Counted from the first letter of the whole stretch, positions 39,271 to 51,300 are shown. The stretch is 63,933 nt of DNA, filler included, from Rhabdomonas costata (GCA_019059605.1; 31 parts of 31 records of this genome joined end to end with filler, not necessarily neighbours in it), one strand, 5' to 3'. A program made the numbers and translations. Notes: generated by a model not told the origin, from the letters alone.

Positions 39271-41236
39271 TTAGCGCGTTCCGTTGGAATGGGTCGTCAT
39301 GAATCCTGAGGATCTGCGCTGCTTCGAATGGAGTTGGCTGTTCGCGCGTCACCCTTTCAGCCATGCATGTTCCCAAATGCGCTGCGCTCCATCTTAGGTA
39401 CTCCCATGTTTTGCTGTGGATGGACGCATCCTGGACGAGATGCTTTTTCTCCCAGAGCCCAGTCTTTGGGTGGAAGAGGGTTCGGGTTTAGTCAAAAGAG
39501 GACCCTGCTTTAAAACGTGGATGAAATTCCAATTTCCACAGCGATACCGAGCTGGGGGCAGTGAGGTCCCGACTGCTTTCACTCCAGATTCGGATTATTG
39601 ACCCGAACCTTCTGCCTTTCTTCGATGGCCCCACCGCTGTCTTACGGCAGTGATTTGTAGAGTGTCACTGGCGCATTTGGACGAATGATGGTGCGGGGTG
39701 GGGGTGGGGCCCACGCACCCTCCCAAATACGTAGCGCGCAGCAGCGACACTATTCTCCCTCTACACGGAAGTGTCACTTCTCTTCCGACCGCCTTTCCGT
39801 GTCTGTCCGCTGAAGGCCCGTACCGGGATGTCCACCGGTTGCGCGATTTCTTTCTGTACTAATTTTTAGCCCTGAACTGTGGCTCTGTACTAATTTTTAG
39901 CCCTGAACTGTGGCCTCCCAAGCGTTCCTGCCAACGCCACCACGCCGTCCTGCCCTTCGGGCACCACCGCTGGGCAGAGCTGCAGCTTTGGCTGCACCAG
40001 CGGGTACGCCGGTGGGGGGACGCTGAGCTGCACCTCCAGCGGGGTGTGGGCTCAGAATGGCAGCTGCACAGGTTTGGCGCTTGGCTGCGTGGGGAGTGAG
40101 CTGCGCATTCCCATTTCTTTGGTAACGAGAACAACGGCTATCTCCAGAGGGAGGGGTTTCTGACTGTTTGTTTGCGTGCTTTCTCCCCCTCCCAGGAAAA
40201 AAGGGGTATTCCACCCCCGAACCACAGAACCGCTTCGGGGCGCTCTTGTTTATGCCCGATGGAGGATGGTCCAGGCCAGCGCCCATGTGCGAGCTAGCGG
40301 AGGCTGTGCTTTCAAGAACACTCAGCACTCACCGCACTTGTGAGTGTGGAAGGCCAGGGTGCAGTGTATCGATTGATTCCGATGGGGTTGTTGCCATGAC
40401 CTTTTTGGCAACTCCTTCCAGGCCATTTGGCGATGCTGTCCCTCTCATTTCTTCGTCTTTGCACCGTTCGAAGCCCTTAAACCAGAGACGGTTACCATTG
40501 GCCCGCTGGCATGTGGTGTATGTGGTGTGGTGTGTGGGGAGATCCTTTAGGCTCCCGGAGCGGAGCGTTGGAAGATTTTCTGTCCAGACTTCAGTGGTTC
40601 TGCGCTGTGGTCGGTAAGAGGCGAACTGTTTTGCGTTTTGGCAGTTGAGAGGTGCTGTGGAATGGGCCGCTGTGAAATGTTTGTGGACCTTGTTGTCTCC
40701 TCGGGGACTGCGCACGCACGATTAACACCGCTCACTGCAATACACTCCCCGCTCCACAATGTGTGTGTCCGTGCCGTCGAAAGCGATTATCTGTATCCAC
40801 TACCCGCGCCGCTTGGTCTCTCTCTGTGTGCTCCAGCGCGTTACCACTTCTGTGCCCGCGTGCCTTTGCTCAGCGGTGAGCTGCGGTACCCCCGGCCTTC
40901 CCTCCAACGCCAACACGCTGAGCTGCGCCTCGGGGACGGTGTACGGGCAGAGCTGCACGTTTGTGTGCGCCCCTGGGTCGACGGGCGGGGGCACGCTGAG
41001 CTGCACCTCCAGCGGGGCATGGGCTCAGAGCGGCAGCTGTGTGGCAGGTTTGCTCTGCTGTTCATGGTTACCAGGAAGTGCCGTGAGGTTCGCAAGACGA
41101 AGGATGAGATTAGCGCGTTCCGTTGGAATGGGTCGTCATGAATCCTGAGGATCTGCGCTGCTTCGAATGGAGTTGGCTGTTCGCGCGTCACCCTTTCAGC
41201 CATGCATGTTCCCAAATGCGCTGCGCTCCATCTTAG
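39271..41236. repeat. collapsed tandem unit (1839 bp) with exact 127-bp terminal direct repeat
   Basis: 39271-39397 is identical to 41110-41236. Confidence 0.9.
39901..41047 (+). CDS. two sushi/CCP-like (6-Cys, selectin-type) module exons of a repetitive extracellular protein
   Basis: Exon 39901-40071 (171 nt; LNCGLPSVPANATTPSCPSGTTAGQSCSFGCTSGYAGGGTLSCTSSGVWAQNGSCT) and exon 40874-41047 (174 nt; VSCGTPGLPSNANTLSCASGTVYGQSCTFVCAPGSTGGGTLSCTSSGAWAQSGSCV). Both are AG/GT-bounded and phase 1-1. Confidence 0.88.
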
Positions 41237-41424
41237 NNNNNNNNNNNNNNNNNNNNNNNNNNNNNNNNNNNNNNNNNNNNTTAATTAATTAANNNNNNNN
41301 NNNNNNNNNNNNNNNNNNNNNNNNNNNNNNNNNNNNGTGGGTGTTTTATGTGCTTAGGCTGCTTTATGTGCGTCTGTATGGACGGGTTCACAGAAACAGA
41401 AAGACCTCCCATGAACCCGTCCAT

Positions 41425-41567
41425 ACAGACGCACATAAAGCAGCCTAAGCACATAAAGCAGACGCACATAAAGCAGCCTAAGCACATAAAGCAGACGCAC
41501 ATAAAGCAGCCTACGCACATAAAGCAGACGCACATAAAGCAGCCTACGCACATAAAGCAGCCTAAGA
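41425..41567 (+). repeat. 33-bp minisatellite of alternating 15- and 18-bp subunits
   Basis: CAGACGCACATAAAG + CAGCCTA(A/C)GCACATAAAG, about 4 copies. Confidence 0.9.
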
Positions 41568-42857
41568 CGGAAACTAAGGATAGACCCAGCTTCGTCACAA
41601 TCCCAGGGTACCATTCTCATGCTGCCAGTGCCCCACGTCACGGGGCAATGTGTGTGTGTGGGTGGGGGGTACCTGAGCGGGACGCTGAGGTCCATCCACT
41701 TCCGAGCTTGCTCGCGGTGCCTGAAGATGTGCCGGTGCAGCTGCCTCAGGATGGCTCCGCCGTACAGCAGCCCCGCCAGCCCCCACCCGGAGAGGACCCG
41801 CTGCCTTGAGTGAAAAAAAGAGGGGGGGGGGATCAAAACTACCCTACAAGGGGTTACAACATTACCGTGGTCCCCCAGCAGGACCAGAACGCAGACCCCA
41901 CCACCTTCCCTTCCACCGAAATCACTCCTGCTGCCACCGTTACCTCCCATCACTCGCTCTCCTCCGCCACTACCCTCGCTCCTTTTCCGCAACCAACTCG
42001 GCAATCTGCATACTCAGTGGTCAGTGTGCCAATGTGCGGGGGAGGGGGGCAAAGTCAAGTGCTTAGAGCACTGCGTTCGGTGCTGTGGTCTGTTTTCGTA
42101 TCTGCGAGTCTTGTTTGTTGTTTCTTGTTTGCTTCTCCTCTCTGCTCTCAGAACATATAGGCTCCCGGGTACAGGAGGTTCCCAGTGTGGTCTCGGCCGG
42201 AGCAGCGCCTTTCTCTCTTCTCTCTTCTGGCAACCAGCTCAGACCTGGTGACAAAAAACAACAGCCCGGAGGGGAATCACCACCTCACTGATGGGCCCAA
42301 AAATGGTTGTTAAAATATGAAAAAAGAATCTGCGAGGTCGTGCGTTTCAAAATACTTCAGCTCATGCCCGCTCGATGGCCTTTTTGGCCAATCCTCCAGC
42401 TCCGTCCGCCCACCCCACCCGAGAACAGGCATTCACATATCTCAAGCAAAGGGTTCTGTCCGTAAGTTGCCGTGATCCTGTAAAGTCTCAGTGCATACAG
42501 CTGAGTACCTCAAGGAAGCCAATGGGCAGGGCAGAATCTTGCGCGGCGACGGCTTCGCACTTGACACTTATTCCGACACGACACTTATCCTCTGCTCTTC
42601 CGAAGATGAATCATACCTGGAGGTCATTTCCCTTTCCCGACCGCTATTTTGTGCACAGTCGGGATCGCCTGTGGGCAGGCTGTAGCATGCGTCAGAGAGG
42701 CGCCGAAAAAGGAAGAATGGGATTTTGCAGGCGCTGGCGAAGCATACATCCGGTTACTCGTGGGCACAAAAATACCCGAAGGAAACAGCACACTGCAGAA
42801 TAAATGGCCCCGGTGAGCGTAGGATTGCGATTTGTCCCTGCTTTATACCTTTGTAAG

Positions 42858-43011
42858 GTGCGGGACACAATGGAGGCCATGAAGAACCCCTTTCGGGCGA
42901 AGCTTGCGAAGGCAGGGGAGAAAATGGGGCAGGGCTTTTTGGTAGGCATGGCGGCCACGCTGTGGGCCAGCCTGCCCATGGCTGCCGTGGACACGGCGTA
43001 CGGCCTGCGAG
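42858..43011 (+). CDS. probable exon, unknown protein
   Basis: ttgtaag|GTG...CGA G|gtacgc; VRDTMEAMKNPFRAKLAKAGEKMGQGFLVGMAATLWASLPMAAVDTAYGLR. Confidence 0.4.
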
Positions 43012-45069
43012 GTACGCCAGTTGGTTCGGCTTCTAGATTTCTCTTCTGTGACCTGACGTGTTGCTGTAGCTTGGAGCAGTGATAAACGGGTGCAAAGGAG
43101 TGTTCGGTTTCTAGCAACCAGCGAACACAGGCGTTTGAAGAGAGATGTGAGACAAAAGCAATGGGAGAGCGGAATGTGTGTTTTATAAGGACCCAGTTCA
43201 GGTGGATGCTGGGAAGGCTGTGTGGTGCGGCCAGAGAAGAAACTGCACTGGGTCCTTATAAAACACACATTCCGCTCTCCCATTGCTTTTGTCCCACACC
43301 ACNNNNNNNNNNNNNNNNNNNNNNNNNNNNNNNNNNNNNNNNNNNNTTAATTAATTAANNNNNNNNNNNNNNNNNNNNNNNNNNNNNNNNNNNNNNNNNN
43401 NNTTTTTTTTGGAACCTTTGGTGCTCAGAAAGGGGTTGCGTTGAATGAAAAGAAGGGGAAAGTGATAAGAGGAGAGGGTCCATGATGGAACCGCATCGAC
43501 GGAAAAGTGTGTAAAAAAAAGGCTACCGATTTCACAGTCCCCGACCACTCAAACATTCTCCCTAAACCAATTCATATGACAGAAAGACACGGACGAGGGA
43601 AGCAAGGCAGTCTGCACGACCTCAGGGGACTCGACGTGGGTCAGAGGAGAGGCCGTGCTCTCCACAGGGGCATCCATCGGCAGCGGGCGGGCTGGGCTGA
43701 GCATCGCCATCAGGAGAAGCGACTCCTCCCCAAAGAGTGAATGTTGAGTCAAGCGAAGGGACAGAACCGCCGCGGAGATGGAAGGTCAGAGGGAGGTGCG
43801 GCGAGTGGTTCTCTGGTGAGCAGGAAAATCCAAAGCACTGGCTTAAGGTCCAGAAGCAAATCGTGAGCCACGGGACACCATCATCCAAGTGCTTCCACTA
43901 AACTGCACACCACCCTTTCTGCCCCAACATAGCGGACTGCCCTTGGCTGGCGAGCGAGTGGACATATTCGAGTTACACTCGGAAACAAAGTTCTTTTGAA
44001 TGTACGAAACCACTCTAAAATCGGCGGGAAACAGTGGTGTGAGGGTCTTCATGATGTCCTCTGTATGGAGTGTCCATTGCCAACTAGGAGCTGAAGAAGG
44101 TGGGAAGGGAACAGGTCAACGAAAGTGTGAGTGTGGATGAAAAGTACGAAGCGCAGGAGCGGCGGCGCAAAAACCTTCACTTGAGTGGTGCGAAAAGACA
44201 GCCCTGTCGCATTTGGGTGCTGCCTTGTTCTCGGTGGGTCTCACCTCGGGGCCGATGTGGCGGCAGTGGTGTGCAAAATACCCATTACAGGTTCCAACAA
44301 AAGAAAAGAAAAGCAGGTGGGGAGGAAAAACTGAAAGGGGCAGTCCGAAAAGTCCCCTGCACAACGAGAGGTGGGAAGACAGAAGCATTTTTTCATCGTT
44401 GAAATAATTGCAGCTGTAAACTCCACTTTTCACTCTACAGTCTCGCCCACAGTTGAGGTATAAATGCCCGTTTAGGGGGCACGACGCATTGCAGTGGAAC
44501 AAATTCTTCGAGTACTCGCGGTTGAGGGGGGCACTTCTGAACTTGGTGCGACACGAACTGAGTGACAGGGACTCCCAAAGCCCTCACCGTAAAAATATCT
44601 TCCATCCAGAGAATTCTTTTGTCGTATCGTAGGCTTCTCTTGCGCTGTAGCGTAGCGCTGTACAGCGCGGCCAAGGTTTTCTTTCGGGTGGGGATGGGAT
44701 ACAACTGGTTGCGTCCCCAAGTGACCAAGGCTTCGGTCAGTCCCTCTCCTCCACGATGTCACTCCACCGTTTCAAATCCAACTGAATCAATCATCACGAC
44801 GCAAAAAGAGCAAAGGTCAACCAGAGACCAAACTGGACAACCCGTTGGAAAGCGGGCCTGAACATTTAGGGGGGGGGCACTGAGTGGCACCAGGTCGAAG
44901 GATCTGAGCCATCCAAAGAGAACACGAACGGCACATCAAATGAAAAACTGCAAAACATATCTTGAAGCCCACCCCACCGCAATTCCATCGCTCACGCCAC
45001 ACAAGCACGGAAGCAGCTTACGTGACGGAAGCAATATCCCCCATCTCCAATTCCTTTCCATCTACTTAC

Positions 45070-45247
45070 ACAGGTGGTGGGCCATCTTCCAAACGTGGAG
45101 CAGGTTGTTCCCCAGAGAGGCCGAAGCGAGCAGCCAGTCCTCCAAGGGGCTCCACGAGAGGTCCGACACCCCCGCCCCGTGGCAGTGCATGAACAACAGG
45201 GCAGGAGGAGGGGCACCGGGGGACCCCCCTGCAGGACCTTCCGCAGC
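45070..45247 (-). CDS. RBBP4/MSI1-like WD40 histone-binding protein, last WD repeat
   Basis: PPALLFMHCHGAGVSDLSWSPLEDWLLASASLGNNLLHVWKMA resembles [22 protein letters not shown]...QVWQMA. Acceptor cacag, donor gtaagt. Confidence 0.8.
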
Positions 45248-45652
45248 CTGTGGTAAGGGGTGCAGAGGAGGGGGGGGGATCAATTTATCCTTTGCTCTCA
45301 GTGTAACATAGTAATTTTATTCATCAAGGGAGGGAGAGTAAAGGATAAATTGATCCCCCCACCACCNNNNNNNNNNNNNNNNNNNNNNNNNNNNNNNNNN
45401 NNNNNNNNNNTTAATTAATTAANNNNNNNNNNNNNNNNNNNNNNNNNNNNNNNNNNNNNNNNNNNNGTGTTGGGTGTGTGTGGGGGGTGTGGCCAGAGCT
45501 GCGAGCTGCCTTCAACCTAACGCCTAATCGAGACCAATATGGTAGGCCGTGATATGGTGATATAAATTCGAGCCGACTTCATTGTTTGACAGTATTCGGA
45601 CCGGTGTTCACCCTTCACACCTGTGTGTGTGTGTGTGTGTGTGTGGCGATAG

Positions 45653-47293
45653 GCGACGAGTTAGCTTGCTGGTATCCGAAGTGGTGGGGTTTGGCCGGGC
45701 CCTTTCCGAACTCGGGCTTTCCGAGCTGATCGCCCTGCACGAGCGCTACCTGGTGCTGGTGCAAGACATCACAAGGGCCACCAAGGGCGTGCTCAGCACC
45801 GTGGAAGGGGACCGGGTGGTGGTCAGCTGGAACGCCTCCGCGCCCGTTGGAAACCACGCCGAGCAGGTCGTTCTTTCGTGTGTGTGTGTGTGTGTGTGTA
45901 ACCGAGCCACCCAGATTACCCTTTCCCAGTCCCGTTCTTCGTTCTTACTGTGCTGTATCCAGTCCACTCACGTCTACGGTAGATCTGACAGGGAGTCAGT
46001 ACCGGGTTCTTTTTAAGCTTGTCCTGTCGGGTCTCAGCTCTGTGGGGAAATCACCTGAAAACCAACCTGCGGTGTTGTTGTGTGAGACATTGCCATGGGT
46101 TGTGTTCCCGCTTGCAGAGGTAACGCAGAACGGGAGGGGAAGAGACGTTGTATGAAACTTTAATCCCCAGAACTGATTTTTGCTCCTGCGTTCTCCTCTC
46201 TGAGTGGTGGCACGCAGGGAACGGGGTTCCTAGGGGGCCAAAATGGGGAGTTTCCCAGTTGCTCAAGGAGGAACTGCACTGTGAGTCATTTTTCCGCCCC
46301 CTAGTGTGTGGTGTTTTTGCCTCACGCTGTACCATGCATGGACTTTCGAAAAGCGTTCAGCCGTGTGTGCTTGTGCTTGCTTTTTCGCTGTTTCGCTGTT
46401 TGCCCTTTGGACTGGAGTGTGCGTTGTGCTTGACTTGGCAGGCCTGCAACGCCGCGCTGACCCTTCGTGACACGGTGACCCGCAACAAGGACTTTCTGGG
46501 GCGCAAGCTTCGCATTTCCGTGGCCACCGGAGAGGCCCACGTCGGTACGGGGAAAGTTGTTCTTTTTTTTTTTCGCAGACCTAGTGGGGTTGGCTTGTCG
46601 GACAGCTTAGTCTGCTAGGACTGGGCATAGGGGATGCTCTGACCTTACCGTCTGTCGTGCAATCGAGCTGTGCTTTTCGTTAGTTTCACGCACACATACA
46701 CCCGCACACCCACGCACCACGCACTTCGCAGTGGGACTCACTTTGACTCTGCGAGTCCATGTTGAGAGGATGGGAGAGTGGCTGTGGCAGCTTCAGCTGT
46801 AAATGCAGCATTTTGGCATTGGTCTGTGGGATGCCACGCGCGAGGGAACTGCGGTGGAGACTCCAGGTTCTCGAATAAGAAGACTAAAGACCTCGTACTC
46901 CGGTGACAGAGGCTCGTAAGGCGAACACTCCATCGCTTCAGATGAGATTGCATCACATGCCGGTCGGCAGACTTCGGGCTGTCAACTCGCGTTCCACCGG
47001 CTACATTTAACTTCGCCAACTTCAGTGTTCCAGCGCTCAGCAAAGCTACAACGTATACATAGACACGCTGAAACGTAAACGCACTCACACCGCCGGTGTT
47101 CTACGCTTGCTGCGTAACTTGCTGCTGTGCAAAAGGCAACATTGGCTCCAAGACCAAGCTGACGTTTGCCGTGCTGGGGCCGGTGGCCATTCTTGCCGAG
47201 GCCCAGTGCAGTTTGAACGCCCATCTGGACACGGAGGTGCTGATCTGCAAGTCCACCTGGCAAGACGTCAGGCAGATGTACATCGCCCAGATG
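45653..47293 (+). CDS. class III nucleotide cyclase-like domain, catalytically degenerate
   Basis: Exons 45653-45866, 46442-46544 and 47136-47293: VSLLVSEVVGF...KGVLSTVEGDRVVVSWNA...ACNAAL...LRISVATGEAHVGNIGS...FAVLGPV...VLI. Confidence 0.88.
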
Positions 47294-48279
47294 GTATGCT
47301 GAAAACCCGACACGCGTGAGGGGCTTTGTGGAGGGAGGGCAGTTGCTGCAAGCCCTTTCGAATCAGCTGAACCCACAGCTACAGGTACGAATCCAACGAT
47401 TACAGAAACTGCCCTCCCTCCACACAACCCCNNNNNNNNNNNNNNNNNNNNNNNNNNNNNNNNNNNNNNNNNNNNTTAATTAATTAANNNNNNNNNNNNN
47501 NNNNNNNNNNNNNNNNNNNNNNNNNNNNNNNGTGGTTGTGTACGTGGTGCGTTTGTCGTAAACCGGGCAAAAGAGATACAAAAGAGCCTCCAAGGGGACC
47601 CACAACTGAGGGGGAAAGGTCAGGAAAGCCACACAGCGTTTCGGGAGGCTTGCTGTACCCTGGGATGGCTCAGTGAGAACAGGAAAGCAGCGTATCCCGG
47701 TGCTTCAAAGCACTAATGAGCATATATTCACGTTGTGCTCATGTCACTTGAGTCACTTTTCAGGGCAATGTGAGCTTCGGTTCATCAAGGGAACCCCCGG
47801 TGCCACTGCCAAGCACAGAGCCCGTGCATGTTTACTAGCACCAAAAACTAGAATGACGCAAACTTTGTGGTAGTGGGGTGAAAAAAGCTCTACTTTTGAA
47901 ACCCAGCAGCCTCACGTTGTCATCAACCCAAAGAAGGTGGAGCTAACTGGCAACCAATGCTGCGTGCGTCCAGCACAGCCCAGGCGGGACTATCTTACAC
48001 GGCCGCAACACACCAGGCACGAAGAAAAAGGCCGCGAAACACAAGCAACGCAGAGAAACTTCTGTACAAAGCACAGGGGAATGAAAACCTGGACAGCCGA
48101 TCTGTAAACGCAGGACGATAACCTCCTCCCAACTCCCTTCAGCAGCGCTTCGTATGGAGTCACCACAAAGGCAATACGAAGAGAAAGAAAACAAATTGCC
48201 AAAAAGGAAGGAGACACAAGGGCAATGCGAACAGTGCTCAGGTTCTGGAGCAGGAACGGGCCATTTGGGAACACTCTCG

Positions 48280-48895
48280 TCACTGGCGGTACGCTGGCGA
48301 CCTTGAGCGAGCCGAGCCACCTATTTTGCGAGTGAAAGTTTCCAGTTCCGCCCTTTTTCAGCTCCAATTCTTTGAGCTTTGAGCAAGCTCTACGCAGTCT
48401 GAGAAACAGAAACCTAACAGATTCAACCATGAGTACTACAAAGCAGTCCAACCAAAGTCCAACCAAAGTTCAACCAAACAGAACACAATTGTCATCTTCA
48501 GTATTTCTCGATCATAACAAACCAGCGCAACCTGGCCTACGCCGCCAGAAAAATACAACAGAGCAATATCCACTGTGCCAGATAGGCTAGCTACAGTGAA
48601 CCTCTTGATCACCTCTTGACCCAGCAAAAAAAAACTATGCACGTCATTTGCATACTTGTGGGCGAATTAATCATGGTTTGGGACAAGGGATACTGGGGGG
48701 AGCGGAGGACCTGTGGCCGTGCGGAAGGTGGAGTTGGGCGAGGGGTACTGCGGGGACCCCTGCTCGCTGGGAGAGCCCAGCACCGAGCTCCCACTCCGCT
48801 GGGCCTTCAGGGCGGCGCGGCGCTGCGAGCTCAAGCGGGCAGGGAAGAGCACAGGTATCCTGGAGCGGCCCGCGGCCCTGCTGCCTGACACCGAG
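48280..48895 (-). CDS. C-terminal exons of a Ser/Arg/Pro-rich hypothetical protein
   Basis: Exons 48895-48711 and 48320-48280 (TGA) are phase-1 compatible and GT-AG. Confidence 0.45.
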
Positions 48896-49624
48896 CTAAC
48901 AACAAACATGGAGGAAGTTAAGAGTTCAAGATTTCGACAGCCCCCCATTAGCTCCCCACCAGAAGCAACGTGCGAGGGAAGAAAATTCCATACTTGGGCC
49001 GAAGGGCCCACCGCTCAGCAGAAAAGGATGCGCGATGAGTGGTTTTCTGAAATACGATTGCAGTGTTAAGCGAGGGCTTCTAAGGACATTCGTCCGGCAA
49101 AAGAAGTCGAGGGTGGAGCCCCAAAAGTGGTGACCGCAGAGCTTGGTTGATGGTCCCACACAAATGAAGGTTGGTGGGCAAAATAGATACAGCAGGCCTG
49201 CCGAAACGTACGTGGCCGGTCCTTGTGATTCATAAATGCAAATGTAGATATGTAGATGTGTTGACTTAACCAAAGAAAAGCTATAAAAAGGTAAGCCTCA
49301 CAGCGGCCGGCTGATGTCTCCGTAGATTTTACCTACCTTTCAGCGCTTGCTCTGTGCATGTAAAGCAGGATACGGGCTGCTGTTGCGCACACACTTGTTT
49401 GCCCTGGCTTGTTTTGACCAAAAACTATCCAGCGTTAATTTTCCACCATTTTTTTTTTACAAAAGCTACCTATTTTATTTTTACAAAACACCACANNNNN
49501 NNNNNNNNNNNNNNNNNNNNNNNNNNNNNNNNNNNNNNNTTAATTAATTAANNNNNNNNNNNNNNNNNNNNNNNNNNNNNNNNNNNNNNNNNNNNGTTTT
49601 GTGGGTGTTTCGAGGGAGTTTACG

Positions 49625-49919
49625 GTTACCACTGGTAACAGAAAACTCCCTCGAAACACCCACGAAATGAAAAATTTGTGTAAGGGGGTAAGCTTTTTCA
49701 GTGCCCCCCCATTGATTGTTTTACATTGCAGCTGAAAACTAATCCTGGCTAAGGGCTTGCCAATGGCTGGGATATGGCCGGACGAGTTGGACAGCATTAT
49801 TATAGGGGCGAAGGCCAGTCCGCGCCGCGGCCGGAGCGGGCGGCTGGGGCGGGAACGTAACCTGGGGGACTGATACGACTTTATTTACTCCCATAGTAAA
49901 AATTGTTACCACTGGTAAC
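49625..49919. mobile_element. MITE-like dispersed repeat, copy B
   Basis: Bounded by the palindromic GTTACCACTGGTAAC at 49625-49639 and 49905-49919; core shared with copy A. Confidence 0.65.
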
Positions 49920-50119
49920 AAGCCTGATCAGAAACGCTACTAAGAGCACACCCTGAGTCGACTGATTCTCGACGCAGCAGACATGCGCCACGCTCACGCG
50001 GAAGGGTTCTGATTTCGACATGCTTTTTGACAGCACTGTTCCTGGTCCCTGGTGTCCGTGACCAGTGTGTCCGCGATGTTCAACTTTCGGCCTATGTCTT
50101 TGCTATCTGCATTTCTCAG

Positions 50120-51300
50120 GCGGACTACTTCGGGCCCACGATCAACTTCGCCGCCAGGGTGGAGTCCAAGGCCCTCGGGGGGCAGGTCCTGGTCAGCCAG
50201 CACGTTTTGGACCGTATCGGGGACGACCTGCGCTCGGAGCTCGTGCTGGGCAACGCCGGGCGGTTCACGTTCAAAGGCATCGCCGAGCCCCAGGAGTTGT
50301 ACACGCTCTGCCCACCGGTGTGGCGCTGCGCGCCCTGCGGTCTAATGTGACGTGCCTGTGTTTGTCCCTTCGCAACCATCTCTCCAGAATCGCAGTGTTG
50401 CGTGCCTTGCTTGTTCTATGCTGCTGACGTTGGTTCTATCCTTCTCTTCTCTCTTCTCCACCACATTCTCCATCCGTCACCACCCAACGCTTGTGATCCA
50501 TTTTCACCTGTTTCTGGTGCCTCCCGCCCCCCCCCCTCCCCTTCAACGACGCCATTTAGCCTGCAAGAGCACCTTGCCCTCGCTTGTGCTTTCTGCGATT
50601 GAATGTAATGATGTAATGACTCAGGGCTCCGGAATCAGAGAGTGGGTGCGCACTTGAATTGAAAGGGAAGTGATTGATGTTCTACCCTCATGTATACTGG
50701 CCTCATTCAGGATTTCCTCTCAGCTTCAATCAATGCATACATTCACGTGCACACACTGAGACAACAGGCAGATGCATTGTGAAAATAAGCGAAAACAGCG
50801 CGTAAACAAGGCCTACAGCTTGGGTTTGCCTTTTGCAGGCCCTCCGGTACCGGTCATTCCCGAAGGAAATCCAGGAGTTGCTCTGCAACCGCTGCAAAGG
50901 CCCCGCGACATGCCCGCGGTGTGACGGAGGGGAAACCATCCTGGCCAGGATGCGCAGCTCTACCGCCCACAAGGCCTGGGTGCCCTCCGCAGAGTCCGAG
51001 TTCGACGCCACGGATTCACCCAAGGTTTGTACCAATGGTCGTGCTTGTTTGTGCCAAAGGTACAGATAGATTGAAGCTCCAATGCTCAAAAATTCACCGC
51101 ATCACTTGTTGTGGACCACGTTTCATCACTTTCCAAGGGCAGTTAATGGGCAGAAATGATTGTGCCTCTTGTCATTAGAACCTCCCAGTATTCTTTTTCC
51201 AGCTGTCTTCTTTTCGATCGCAGCACATGGTTCTTAACTTGCCGCTTGCTTCCATATGCAACACTCGCAGGTCACCAGGCCGTTATCTCCACTCTCGTGA
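50120..51300 (+). CDS. adenylate cyclase (kinetoplastid-type class III), C-terminal part
   Basis: Exon 50120-50317 (DYFGPTINFAARVESKALGGQVLVS...FKGIAEPQELY), exon 50839-51024 (ALRYRSFP...CNRC..CPRC) and a possible last exon ~51271-51300. Catalytic N and R and the adenine-specifying D are intact. Confidence 0.93.

Noticed and set aside
39851-39860. TTTCTGTACT resembles part of the kinetoplastid/diplonemid spliced leader
   Set aside because: Only 10 nt inside a pyrimidine tract, with no flanking match or donor site.
41281-41809. QTHIKQPKHIK and CFMCV repeat 'proteins'
   Set aside because: These are translations of a 33-bp minisatellite plus a fold-back, with no exon support.
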